Shown here piece after piece: positions 52,804 through 64,000 of a stretch of DNA of 64,000 nt. The DNA comes from Chrysomallon squamiferum (taxonomy: Eukaryota > Animalia > Mollusca): the NCBI GenBank assembly GCA_012295275.1, contig CM022665.1, positions 15,624,001 to 15,688,000 on the forward strand, in the 5' to 3' direction. Positions within the stretch are counted from its first letter, which is position 1; every line of letters starts with the position of its first letter. The notes below the pieces were generated by a model. The model was not told the origin of the DNA, did no database searches, and saw nothing but the letters and a program-made list of their open reading frames with translations. A program made the translations under genes and the position numbers.

Positions 52804-53903
52804 TAATTAAAAAAGCAACAAAACAAAGTCCCAGAAAAAACAAAAACAAAACAAAACAAAAAACAACGTAAAAAAAAAATTAAAAATTAAAAAATAAATT
52901 AAAAATAATAATGATAATCTAATAAACTAAGTGATATAATTATTTATATTATTCTATTATAAATTTAATTTAATACTTTGCCTTGTTATATTGTAAATGT
53001 AGAAATTTGTTTCTCACTTTTTCTTTAATTTGTTTTAAAATTAAACATTTTTCTTTTTAAGTAGTTCATTTTTAATTTTAAATAGTATAGTTTTTAATAC
53101 TATAAATTTTTATTTTTATTTTAGATAAATGTTTTATTAAATACAATTAACATAGATATCCTATTATTATTATTTTAAAATTTTAAAATTTATATAATAT
53201 TTTGTTACTTTTATATATATATATATATATATATGTGATAAATTAGTTTTTACTCTGATATTTTTTAACAGTTAGTATTATTTTTTATTTCTGTTTTTAG
53301 ATAAATATTGTATTAAACACATTACCATAAATGTCATTGTCATTTCAGTTAAAAAAAAAAATATACACATGTACAAAATCTTTAATTAGTTATAAGTATA
53401 TGAAATGTTTTAATTACTATAATATATATTTTCACACACACACACACACACACACAAAACATATATAATAATAATAATATTAATTGAAATTTAGATAAAA
53501 ATTGAATTACATAGATTAATATTAATAACTCAAATTGTTTCATTTTTTAAATCTTAAAATTTAAATAACATTTCACTGAATATTCACTTAGTACATATTT
53601 CTTCTGTCACTCTTTCTTTGTCAAAAGCATGTTTGTAGAATAGATAAAAAATAACTGATTTATTTATAAATTTGAAAACATAAAAATTCTAATATTCATA
53701 TATATATTTGTGTACATATGTTTGTATGTTTGTGTATTTGTGTATATGTATGTCTGATTATTAATGAATTTTTTTATTAAAAAAAATAATAAATTAAAAA
53801 AAAAGCATAAGTAAATAAAATGAAAAAGAATTATAAAAAAGTAGTCCAATTTTTAAAAATTAAAAACACAATATAAATTTTGAAAGTGCTACAAGTGACA
53901 TTA

Positions 53904-55004
53904 CCGTATATACTTGTGTATAAGTCGAATTTTGGGGAGACTATATTAAGGTAATATTTTGGGGGTCGACTTATACATAGGTAATGCTTTTGTAGCTGTT
54001 GCTGAAGAGTCGCCATTTTGACTATTTTTTGCTACGGGATGCATCTAAAATAATCGCGGTCTTTCAGCTTTTCAAAAATATAATTTTACTGTATAAAATA
54101 TTTTGAAAAATTAAATAACAAAACCAAATATGAATGTAAAACATGATATTCTTCTGTTTAATGACATAAAAATACATTTTAAAGCGAGAAAACTGTCAGT
54201 ATGGCGTCTTGCAATGATCTAGGAATGCAGACTTCTCTGCCAAATTGCACTAAATATCGGTCCTAATTTCATAAACAAAACTCATTTGTGTAACTGTAAA
54301 GAATTTGGTGAAATAATATTGCAATCGTCATTAATATCCACTACCAACAAATCGAAAACAAACTAAATTTCTATAAACGTTCTGCAACAAAAATCAGTTC
54401 AACTTCTCGCCGTATTTGTTATTATAGTCGGTTGCCAAGTGCGCGAAGCCTCGGCCAATTAGCACGCTAGGAATAGGATCGGGGGCGTGTCTTGTAGCAG
54501 AGTTTCAATAGAAAAAAGTATTGCTGAGGTTCCAAAATTATCTTACTTTGAATTGCACGTTCATGTAAAAACCGGTAATAAATAATAAAGCAACACATCT
54601 TTTGGAATTTATCTACAAAATTTAATTAAATACTGAATTACGTCTAATGGCCATAAAATTTTGTAAATCATAGAACGGCTAAATATAACTGTAAGTTAGG
54701 TCTCCATGTTAGACCTATTACATTAAAGAGATACTATTTATGATACATTTAGGCTATAGCTTGTGTAATACATGCATTTAAATTATTATGGTATGTTCGT
54801 GCAAGTTACAGCTCGTGCAAGTTACGTTACAGTAGGCGTACAATGTAGGCCTTCATGGCACTGTCACACTGGTCTAAAAATAGTGACGGTGCCTGGAATC
54901 TACAGTCGACTTATACACAAGTAATACCTAAAATGACGCAATTTTTGGTCTTAAAATACACATCAACTTATACATAAGGTCGCCTTGTACACAAGTATAT
55001 ACGG
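53904..55004. mobile_element. pogo/Tigger-like non-autonomous DNA transposon, 1101 bp
   Basis: TA|CCGTATATACTTGTGTATAAGTCGA ... TCGCCTTGTACACAAGTATATACGG|TA; subterminal gtcgacttatac repeats at ~53965, ~54906 and ~54963; CpG-rich interior. Confidence 0.92.
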
Positions 55005-55882
55005 TATATTTTTCAGATGTTTTGCTGAATGTTATGGCTCAAATTCAGATAGTAATCATTACATTTTTTTGTTTTACATTTCCCATGATTCTTTTAACAA
55101 CTTTATAATATTTTGTTTGCTGTGAATTAAAATTGTTCATGTAATCTTTCTGGAGATGCATTTATTATTTCTGTTTGTCGTCAATTCAACCACATTATAA
55201 CCTTAACATTTTGCTTGTAAACCTTTTTTTTTTTTTTAGTTTGTGATGTTATTATTATTATTATTAATTTTTTTTTTTAAATTTGATATTAAAAATTAAA
55301 AGATTAGTTTATCTAATACTATTTTTGCCTTCTTTGGGAGGATACATATTTAAAATCCTATGCTACTAAAAGGTTAACACAATGTGCAAAAGCAGATTTC
55401 ATCTCTACTAATTATTATGAACAACAAAACAAGAATTGTTCTTAAAAACCTGATACATTTAATCATCAGTATAAATTATAATTACATGGTTGATCTAGAT
55501 AAATTAGGTAATTATAAGTATTATACTTTATTATTGATGTGGTATTAAATAAGCATATGTTTATTCCTAATAAACATAAAAATTAATATTTGTGTATTAA
55601 ATAATAAATAAAGAGGTCTTTTGAGTACTTAATATAATTAAACAATGTACTGAAAAGACCTATTCTATATTACATAAAAGAAAAATATTTTATTACAATT
55701 GTTATCAGTAAAACAATTTTTATTTAATTATTAGTAATGTTCATCTGTTTGTGTTCTAAACTGACATTATTATATATATTTTTTATATTGTATGATTGTT
55801 TACATATCACAATATTTTAATTTGTTTTGTAAGTTTTGGGAATTCTCCAAGACTATTTCTGTCAACTTTTTCTGTTATAAAA

Positions 55883-56100
55883 ACTATTAGGTTATTATTC
55901 TAAACTGTTATATTATAACAACTATTAGGTGATTGTTGTAAACAATTTCAATTGTAAAGACTGTTAGGTTATTATTGTAAACTGTTACTATTATAACAAC
56001 TATTAGCTTATTATTGTAAACAATTTCTATTGTAAAAACTATTAGGTTATTACTGTAAACAATTTCTATTGTAAAGACTATTAGGTTATTATCATAAACT
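55883..56100. repeat. 39-bp minisatellite, about six units
   Basis: actattaggttattattgtaaacaatttctattgtaaag units start at 55883, 55921, 55960, 55999, 56038 and 56077. Confidence 0.9.
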
Positions 56101-56191
56101 TTTCATATCAGAAAGATAGGCAATTGCTGGCAGTTCATTTCTGATACTGTGTGTTAAGGTATTAAAATATTGAATCTTTGTATATTTACAG

Positions 56192-56304
56192 CTCCTTCAG
56201 TGAATCAAGTGTTCACACTGGACTTTGAGGTGAAACCTCTTTATGTGGATGCTGATTATTCTCTCAGTCTCAGTCTTCAGCCTGTGGAAATAGTGTACGA
56301 TGAG
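56192..56304 (+). CDS. VPS13: VPS13A/C-like coding exon 16
   Basis: (A)PSVNQVFTLDFEVKPLYVDADYSLSLSLQPVEIVYDE. Confidence 0.93.
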
Positions 56305-56724
56305 GTGATACATTTTTATATTTATATAATGTGTTTTTTTTAGTGATATTCCATTCTAATAATAATAGTTAAATATAATGTCTGATGTTGGTCATCCAGT
56401 AATTATATGAGTTAAGCAATGCTGTGATTTCACAGACTCACTGCAGAGAATCAGAGTGGTGATGATGATGATCATCATCATCATAAACAGTTATAATGCT
56501 TTTGTTATAAAGTGATTCAAGCATTATGATGTTATTCTTGTTATTATTATTGTATTATTGCCATTATTATTACCATTATCATCATTATAATTATTATTAT
56601 CATCAATATTATTATATTATCATTATAATTATTATTACCATTATTATTACTATTGCAATAATATTACTATCAATGTATTGTTATTATTACATTTATTTAT
56701 TTATTATGATAATAATATTAATTG

Positions 56725-56762
<38 letters not shown>

Positions 56763-56763
56763 G

Positions 56764-56901
56764 CACTCTCTCTCTGAAGTATCAGCTTTCTTCCAAGTTC
56801 CTCATGGAGGTATTGACATGCGGTCTGCTGCCATGGAAACATTACAAGGTGTGGCCAGCTACAGTCGAGCAGGACTTCAATATGCTATTGACAAACACAA
56901 G
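56764..56901 (+). CDS. VPS13: VPS13A/C-like coding exon 17
   Basis: HSLSEVSAFFQVPHGGIDMRSAAMETLQGVASYSRAGLQYAIDKHK. Confidence 0.92.
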
Positions 56902-57484
56902 GTTAACAATTTACATTTTGTTTTACATATTACCGATTATAATTATGCAGTTAGTCAGTCCCTTTCCATTTATTTGATTTTATTATTATTATTATTTTTA
57001 TTGTTATTGTTATTATTGTTATTAATATTATTATTGATTTATTTTTTCTTTAATAATCATTATTATTATTAGCTTATTGCTTTTATTATTTTATTTCCAA
57101 ATTATTTATTTATTATTATTAAGATTTTTTTCTTATTTTACAAAATATATGGTACTGCTCAATATTGTTTTAAAAATATTTTTGTAAAGCTATTAACTAT
57201 CTTTTTTTATTTATTTTTAAAATCTGTTTTGATAATACCTGTGCTGGAATTTGTTGAGTTCAGTAAGTTTTATATTACATAAAATAATCTACAAATAACA
57301 TAATACTTTCATATCAAAATAAAATGGAACAGCAATATATGAAAAATTCATAAATATTTATTTGTATATGACCAGCACACAAAACATAGAGTTCTCATTT
57401 TAAAGGGGGAACAACAGTTTTTTGTCAACATATTTGTGTTCAGAATTTGCTAATATTTATTTTGGTTATTAAATTACTTTTCAG

Positions 57485-57552
57485 ACTGTACATGTAGCCA
57501 TTAATATGAGATCTCCTTATGTTGTGGTGCCAGAATTTGGAACTCTGCATAG
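57485..57552 (+). CDS. VPS13: VPS13A/C-like coding exon 18
   Basis: TVHVAINMRSPYVVVPEFGTLHR; gtaagt donor. Confidence 0.93.
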
Positions 57553-57684
57553 GTAAGTGATAACTATTATTTTTTTAAAATTATTAATTATTTTGTTTAC
57601 TTTTATATTATTATTATTATTATTGTCATATTTAACTGTTTCTGTTTCTAGATCATCATTGTTTATTATTATATTAATATTTAA

Positions 57685-57736
<52 letters not shown>

Positions 57737-58333
57737 ATTATTGCTTTTATTTTATTATTTTTATTAACTTTTTTTTTTTTTTTTTTTTTTTTTTGGTGTT
57801 GCCATGTACTGTTTTTTTTTTTCTTTGAATTTACATAAATATTATTCATTAACTTTTTCAAATATTTATTACTATTTGACATTTATGTTATGAAAATTTA
57901 TTGCTTTGCTAAAATACCTGTAAACATTTATTTACATGTTTTATTTTAAGCTTATTTTTTTAAAATTATGAAAATTGATCTTAGCATTTGAATTTATGTA
58001 ACTTATCTTTTCATTTTTTGCCTTCAGGGGTGGTAATATGCTGAAAACTAAATTTAGTGCCCTGTGTGATTCTTAATTAAAACACCTTGCTGGTCTGATT
58101 CAGTTCATATTATTATTATCTCTAATTATCTGTTAACTTTATTTTAGTTTTTTAAATATATTTACTGTTTTTATTTCTACAAGAAAGGTATGTGCTTGTA
58201 GAAGAGTCTGATTATTTTTTACTTTGCATAACTGAAAGAATTTGACTTCCCTTATTTTTTATTTTTTGCTTTTTATTAAATGTATTATTATATGAATTTT
58301 TGATTTTATTATTATTTCTTTTTTCTGGTTCAG

Positions 58334-58412
58334 GGGAGGTAATGTGTTGGTAGCTGATTTTGGTACTTTGAGAGTGGATAGTGAGCTGCAGCCCAAAGAT
58401 GTTTCTCTTGAG
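58334..58412 (+). CDS. VPS13: VPS13A/C-like coding exon 19
   Basis: GGNVLVADFGTLRVDSELQPKDVSLE. Confidence 0.93.
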
Positions 58413-58564
58413 GTATTAGATTAATAATGATAATAAAATATTAATAGTTTTGCCTGGGTACAAAATAGATGCACAATTAATGTTAAAAAAAACCCCAAAA
58501 CCCACAAACAACCTCTGAATGTTGATTTAACCCTTTGTTAACGTTAATAATAATAATAATAAAA

Positions 58565-58595
<31 letters not shown>

Positions 58596-59552
58596 ATTGA
58601 AAAGTAAACCAAATAATAAAAGTAAATAAAACAAATTTATTATAAAATAAATTAAAATAATCAAAGCAATAAATAAATAATAACAGAAAATTCTAATAAG
58701 AAGCGGGGAAAATAAGAAAAGAAAGTACAACATAAATAAATAGAAAAATGAAACATAATAAAAGTAAATAAATTGGTGGTAAATGTAAATAAATAATTTT
58801 GAAAAGTAAAACAGATAATACAATGCATAAATAATTTCATAATGACAAAGTAATAAATAAACAACTACAAAATTAAATGATAATAAAATAATAAAATAAA
58901 GCAGTTAATAAGTAATGATAATAATAATAATGTGCATTAAATATTTAAATGAAAAATATAACAATATAACTAAATAAATTATGAATAACTGTAATAATAA
59001 TAATTATAATAATAAATTGAAAAATTATAGCAGTTAATAACAGAAATAGTAATACAATTATTATAAAGAAATTAAGAATGGAACAAATAATAAAAGTAGT
59101 GAATAATAAATAATAAAGAAATAAAAAAAAAATATAATAATTATGGGTAATAAATAAAAAAATGTTGAAAAATAAAATCATTAAAAACCCCAAAAATGAA
59201 ATGAATAATAAAAATAAATAAGAACAAGTAAGTTGAAAAACTAAATAAATAATGAAAGTTGATAAATAAATTGAAAAATAAAACTTACAAAAAAAAAAAA
59301 AAAAAAAATAATAATAATAAAATAATAATAGTAATAATAATGATGATGATGATGATGACAATAATGATAATAATAACTACTAAATAAGTGAACAAAAACA
59401 CAACAACAACAATAATAGTTAATTTAAAAAAAAAAAAAAAATAAAAAAAATTTAACTATATTATTATTATTATCGGTCAATATAAAGATATTTTAAACTC
59501 TTCATTGACTGGTTTAATATTAGACATAAATATGATGATGTTTGTTTTACAG

Positions 59553-59640
59553 GATGCTACGATGTCTGAGATTGAGTCTAGACTGTATGATCAGTTTAAT
59601 ATCAAACTCAGTGAAGTCAAAGTCTTGTTAGCTGACTCAG
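59553..59640 (+). CDS. VPS13: VPS13A/C-like coding exon 20
   Basis: DATMSEIESRLYDQFNIKLSEVKVLLADS(G). Confidence 0.93.
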
Positions 59641-59660
59641 GTATACTTTATTGTTCTTTA

Positions 59661-59695
<35 letters not shown>

Positions 59696-60097
59696 TTTTT
59701 AATTTATAGTCCAGTTTGTACATTTTAAAATGTAAATATGAACATTGAAACTGTTTCAGTTAAACTGACATAAAGCAATCCAGTGTCTGTTTTGTTCTCA
59801 TTGTTTGTATCTCATGATTTCAGGTTTATTAAAAATAACTGTAAATTATTACATACATATACATACACATGTATACAGTTTTTATACTTACTTAAAATAT
59901 TTATTTATTGATATATTTTATTCTTTTATTATTATTACCAATGTTATTTTTGTTATTATTACTATAAATTTATTGATATATTAGTATTATGTTTTCTATT
60001 GTTGTTGTTATTATTATTATTATTATGATTATTATTATTAATACTACCAATAAATTCATTTATAATTATTATTAAAATAAAAATATTAATTAATCAG

Positions 60098-60215
60098 GTG
60101 ATGACTGGCACACAGCCCAGACACAGCCTGATTCTGAGTACCACATACTGCCCAGTGTCCAGCTGGTCATTGCTTTCTTCAATGCAGTAAAAATGGACTA
60201 TAAACAGTTGCCTCA
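60098..60215 (+). CDS. VPS13: VPS13A/C-like coding exon 21
   Basis: DDWHTAQTQPDSEYHILPSVQLVIAFFNAVKMDYKQLP(Q); gtaagc donor. Confidence 0.92.
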
Positions 60216-60703
60216 GTAAGCTATTGTTATCTTTAGTGGGGAAAAAAAAAAAAAAATTTAGCATGGTTAAAGTAACTTACATAATGCTTAATCATTGGTA
60301 CCAGAATTAATGCATTTGAATTATCATATTCAGTAGAGGATACAATATATCAGCTGTTGAGGATTATACAAGTTTGTTAATTGTCAACAAACAAATATTA
60401 ATTTGTCAGAAAACAACAACAACAAAAAATTATTTCTCAAAGGGAGTCCACGTATATTTCATCCACTGATATTAATTTAATAGTATATTAAATTCATGAT
60501 TTGAAGGATATAATATAAAATGAAATCTTGATAATTTGCATGCATTCACCAGCAATCATCATAAATAATTTAATTTTTTAAAATAACAATCTTTTTACTT
60601 CAAATAGGAACAAAGTTTACCTTATATTTCTTAAGTAGGGGAAAAACAAACAAAAAAACCCCTCTTGTATATCTTAATAAAACATTCTTTCTATTATAAT
60701 TAG

Positions 60704-60872
60704 ACAAAAACTTGTTGCAAGTCTTCCAACCTTGAAGTTGAATATCTCTGACAAGAAGATGTTGTTGTTGATGTCATTTCTCCGCAATTTCCCAATCCCT
60801 GCAAGCACCAGTGCAATGACCCTGGGAGAGGACATGGTTGACAGCATTGTGATGATGCCCACAGTCTCATTG
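60704..60872 (+). CDS. VPS13: VPS13A/C-like coding exon 22 (last seen; gene continues beyond the window)
   Basis: QKLVASLPTLKLNISDKKMLLLMSFLRNFPIPASTSAMTLGEDMVDSIVMMPTVSL; gtaaga donor, phase 0. Confidence 0.92.
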
Positions 60873-62929
60873 GTAAGATGATGAAGATGGTGATGATAAT
60901 TATGATATATTACAAAAATAGTTACATTAGCAATAAAAAATAATTATTATGTTGATACAAATAGTAAGAAGTCCAAAAATCAATAGTAATAATGATGATG
61001 AAAACAGTTAAGTTAATAATAATCATAATAATTAAATTATTATGATTATTATAGTGATAATAATAATATTTTTAAATGATAATGATGACTATATTGATAC
61101 TATAAAGTAATGATGATAATGATGATGATGAAAAGTATTAAGATATTAATATAAAAGGGAATCAGATAATAAAAATAAAACTTCTTGAATTTAAATAAAA
61201 GAAATAAATAAAATTAAATACATTTTTTGATTGCTGTTAAAAGATATTGAATTTAGAACAGTATTTCACTATTGTGGTTAAAATGTTCTAATGGAATTTA
61301 TTATGTTGTTTTTTGTTTTCCTTTTTCTTTAACTTTCCTGTTTTCTCTTTTCTAATTTTTTATCCTTAAAAAAATAAATTAAAATGTTTGGATATATATA
61401 TTTTTTTATAATGGATATATATTTTTTCTTTTTCTAAATTACATTTTAATAACATTTACTTGTTTATTGTTGCTGTGAAAAAATTCTGGAACTGAAAAGG
61501 AGGGTGGGATTCGGATTATTAAATAAATCAATTTTTTTGTAAAAATTATTTAACATAAATTAATCTTAAATTATTTTAATTTATAGGTAGAAAAGGGAGT
61601 TTTATTGCCGGTAATAAACAGACTGCCTTATTATTAATACAATAATTTGTAGAAAATTTATGCTGCATATTTGCTATATATAATTATTTAGCGTGTATGC
61701 TTTCTGGCCATTCTTAAAAAAGACAGACAATAACAATAACAACAGCAGTAACAACAAGAATAATAATGATTAAAATAATTAAGTATGTTAATACAGAACA
61801 GTTTATTAATTTTTATTATGAAAAATTAAATATATTGTTTATTGTATTTGTAAACAGGGAAGAAAATTTGAAGGAAATTACAAATAATGTTTTTTGAAAA
61901 TCTAGCATTTAACTTGCTAAACCCAAAAATCTGCCAACAACCACGAAATCAAACAAATCAATAAAAAAAAAAAATTAATTATAAAATGAACAACAACCAA
62001 CCTACAAACAAAACATAAACAAAATACAACCAACCAAACAAAACAAAAAACCCAGCTGTCAACCAGATATCTTGACTAATCTGAATGTATATCATTTAGA
62101 AACCAAGAAACAAACTCAGAAATATTAAAAAGATTAAAGATGAATTTTGGGCCAAAGAAGTAAGTCATCACAGTTTGTTTGGAGTGTACTGACAGACATC
62201 TTGTGTATGTGTTGTTGTTTTTTTAAGGTTGGCCTTTTGCAAATGCACCATAAAACTAACCCAAAACATGTGACTATTTCATTAGCTGCAAAGATTAAAA
62301 GTCCAGGTTTCCAGAAACAAATTATTTTGGCCATATTTGTTTTTTTCCTTGCTGAGGGAAAGGATCTTTTTATTTTATTACCAAAAGGCCCAAGAAATTT
62401 CATGCTATTATTTTGATAATTGCATTATGCACAAAATGCTTTTGAAGTCACTTATTGGCTGGGTTATTAATAAAATAAAATTTGATTGGCTGAAAACTAC
62501 TGCTGGAACTATTTTAGGTTATTCATATTTTTATTCATGTTAAACTTCAGCTTTATAACTTTACTTTAATTTTAATTTTTTTTTAACAATATGATGAACA
62601 TATATATATATTAACAAAAATAAAGTATTTAATCTAAGAAAATATTTTATAAAAAATAAGTAAATAAATAAATAAATGAAAAATATATAAAAAAGAGATA
62701 AAGAAGAAAAAGTCGTCTGACATTTTACAAAAAACAGTGTGTATCAGTTAACATTAAAACATAATGCATACACATCAATGACCAGTTATTGTTTTGCTGT
62801 TATTTCACTTTACTGTTCTTAAGATAATTTAAACTTAAATGTACTGCACTTGCAGTGTGCTAAATTTTGGTTCTTCTTGACTTACTGACTGGGGTTTTTT
62901 CAAGGGTGGTAGCTGGTATATGTTAATAA

Positions 62930-62964
<35 letters not shown>

Positions 62965-63467
62965 TTGTTGTTTTTGTTTGTATTTTCAAAATAATATATA
63001 TAATCCATTACATTTACTTATCCCATCAAAAAGTACTTTTATCAAAGAAATTCACTAAAAGGGAGGTTACATCAAAACAAAACAAATATATTTTTTTAAT
63101 TCAAAATACATTTTTTGTTTTGTTTAGACTAGTCTATAATAACTATTATATAAAACCATTGAAGGGAAACTACTCAATGAACACAGTATTATTAATCAGA
63201 AATTAACTGAGAATTAAGTGCCAGTTATTTGTTAGAAGCTTGAGTGCTTATAGTATAAATTATACAAGGCTTGATGGTTTTCTAACAATACTTATAAGAA
63301 AATTGTTCCAAGAAAGATAATACTTGAAATTATCACTATTTAGCTGTAATATTTAAATTCAAAGAATATAAAATGCAATAATTCCATATCATATTTTTTG
63401 TTATTTTATAAAAATATTTTTTTTTATATTATTCAAGAAGCAGAAATGAAATATTTGCAAATTATGA

Positions 63468-63502
<35 letters not shown>

Positions 63503-64000
63503 AATATTTCAGTGATTTTTACAATTAAAAAATAAAAAATAAGAAAAAATAAGAGAAGTAAAATAAAAAGAATTTAAAAGAAAAAAGAATTTCTTTTAAC
63601 TTGGAGCAGTTTGTCTTTTAATTGTAAGAATGTAATATCCTGATGTATCTTCATGTAGAAAAATTATTTATAGCATCAGATTATAAAATGTATATAGAGT
63701 TCCAGTGTGTTTGGGTAATTACAACAAATTTTCGTTTTATTATTACAGTAATTTATTATTCTAAGGTTTATTTATATTATAATAAAGTGTACTTATTGTG
63801 GTGATAATATGGGATTTATTTTAAGTTTTAAAGTATTAAAATAAACTGTATATATTTCGTTAATGAACTTTATTATCAGATTCTGTTTATAATGATATTG
63901 AAGCTAATCATTTGACTGAATAATTAATTATAATGATGAGATATTATTACTATTGTTATTATTATTATTATTATAATGAGTAATGAATGATTATGATAAA

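Noticed and set aside
62134-62543. Overlapping 68-89-aa ORFs as further VPS13 exons
   Set aside because: No VPS13 similarity and no phase-compatible splice sites identified.

Overview
AT-rich, microsatellite-rich animal genomic DNA, probably a mollusc (inferred from the SINE fragments and the H1 type). Four genes lie in tandem on the + strand. (1) The last coding exon of CCT8 at 136-201. (2) A single-ORF Myb/SANT plus coiled-coil gene, MSANTD4-like and likely Harbinger-derived, at 6587-7594. (3) A solitary replication-independent H1.0/H1-delta-type linker histone at 10933-11499. (4) The 5' part of a divergent VPS13A/C-type lipid-transfer gene: a probable non-coding first exon ending at 13574, then 22 coding exons from 19049 to 60872 that I spliced by hand into 810 in-frame codons; the gene runs off the window. 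Its introns hold pogo/Tigger and hAT MITEs with intact TIRs and TSDs, a decayed RTE LINE, old SINE fragments, a ~2.45-kb 21-bp minisatellite and several local tandem repeats. Most ORFs in the supplied track are microsatellite artefacts. I did not find an unambiguous new biological system. The best leads are regulatory and splicing features: a CLEAR element and a uORF on VPS13, candidate frame-preserving microexons, a decayed duplicate exon, a vertebrate-like H1.0 promoter layout and a sharp CpG-depletion boundary.
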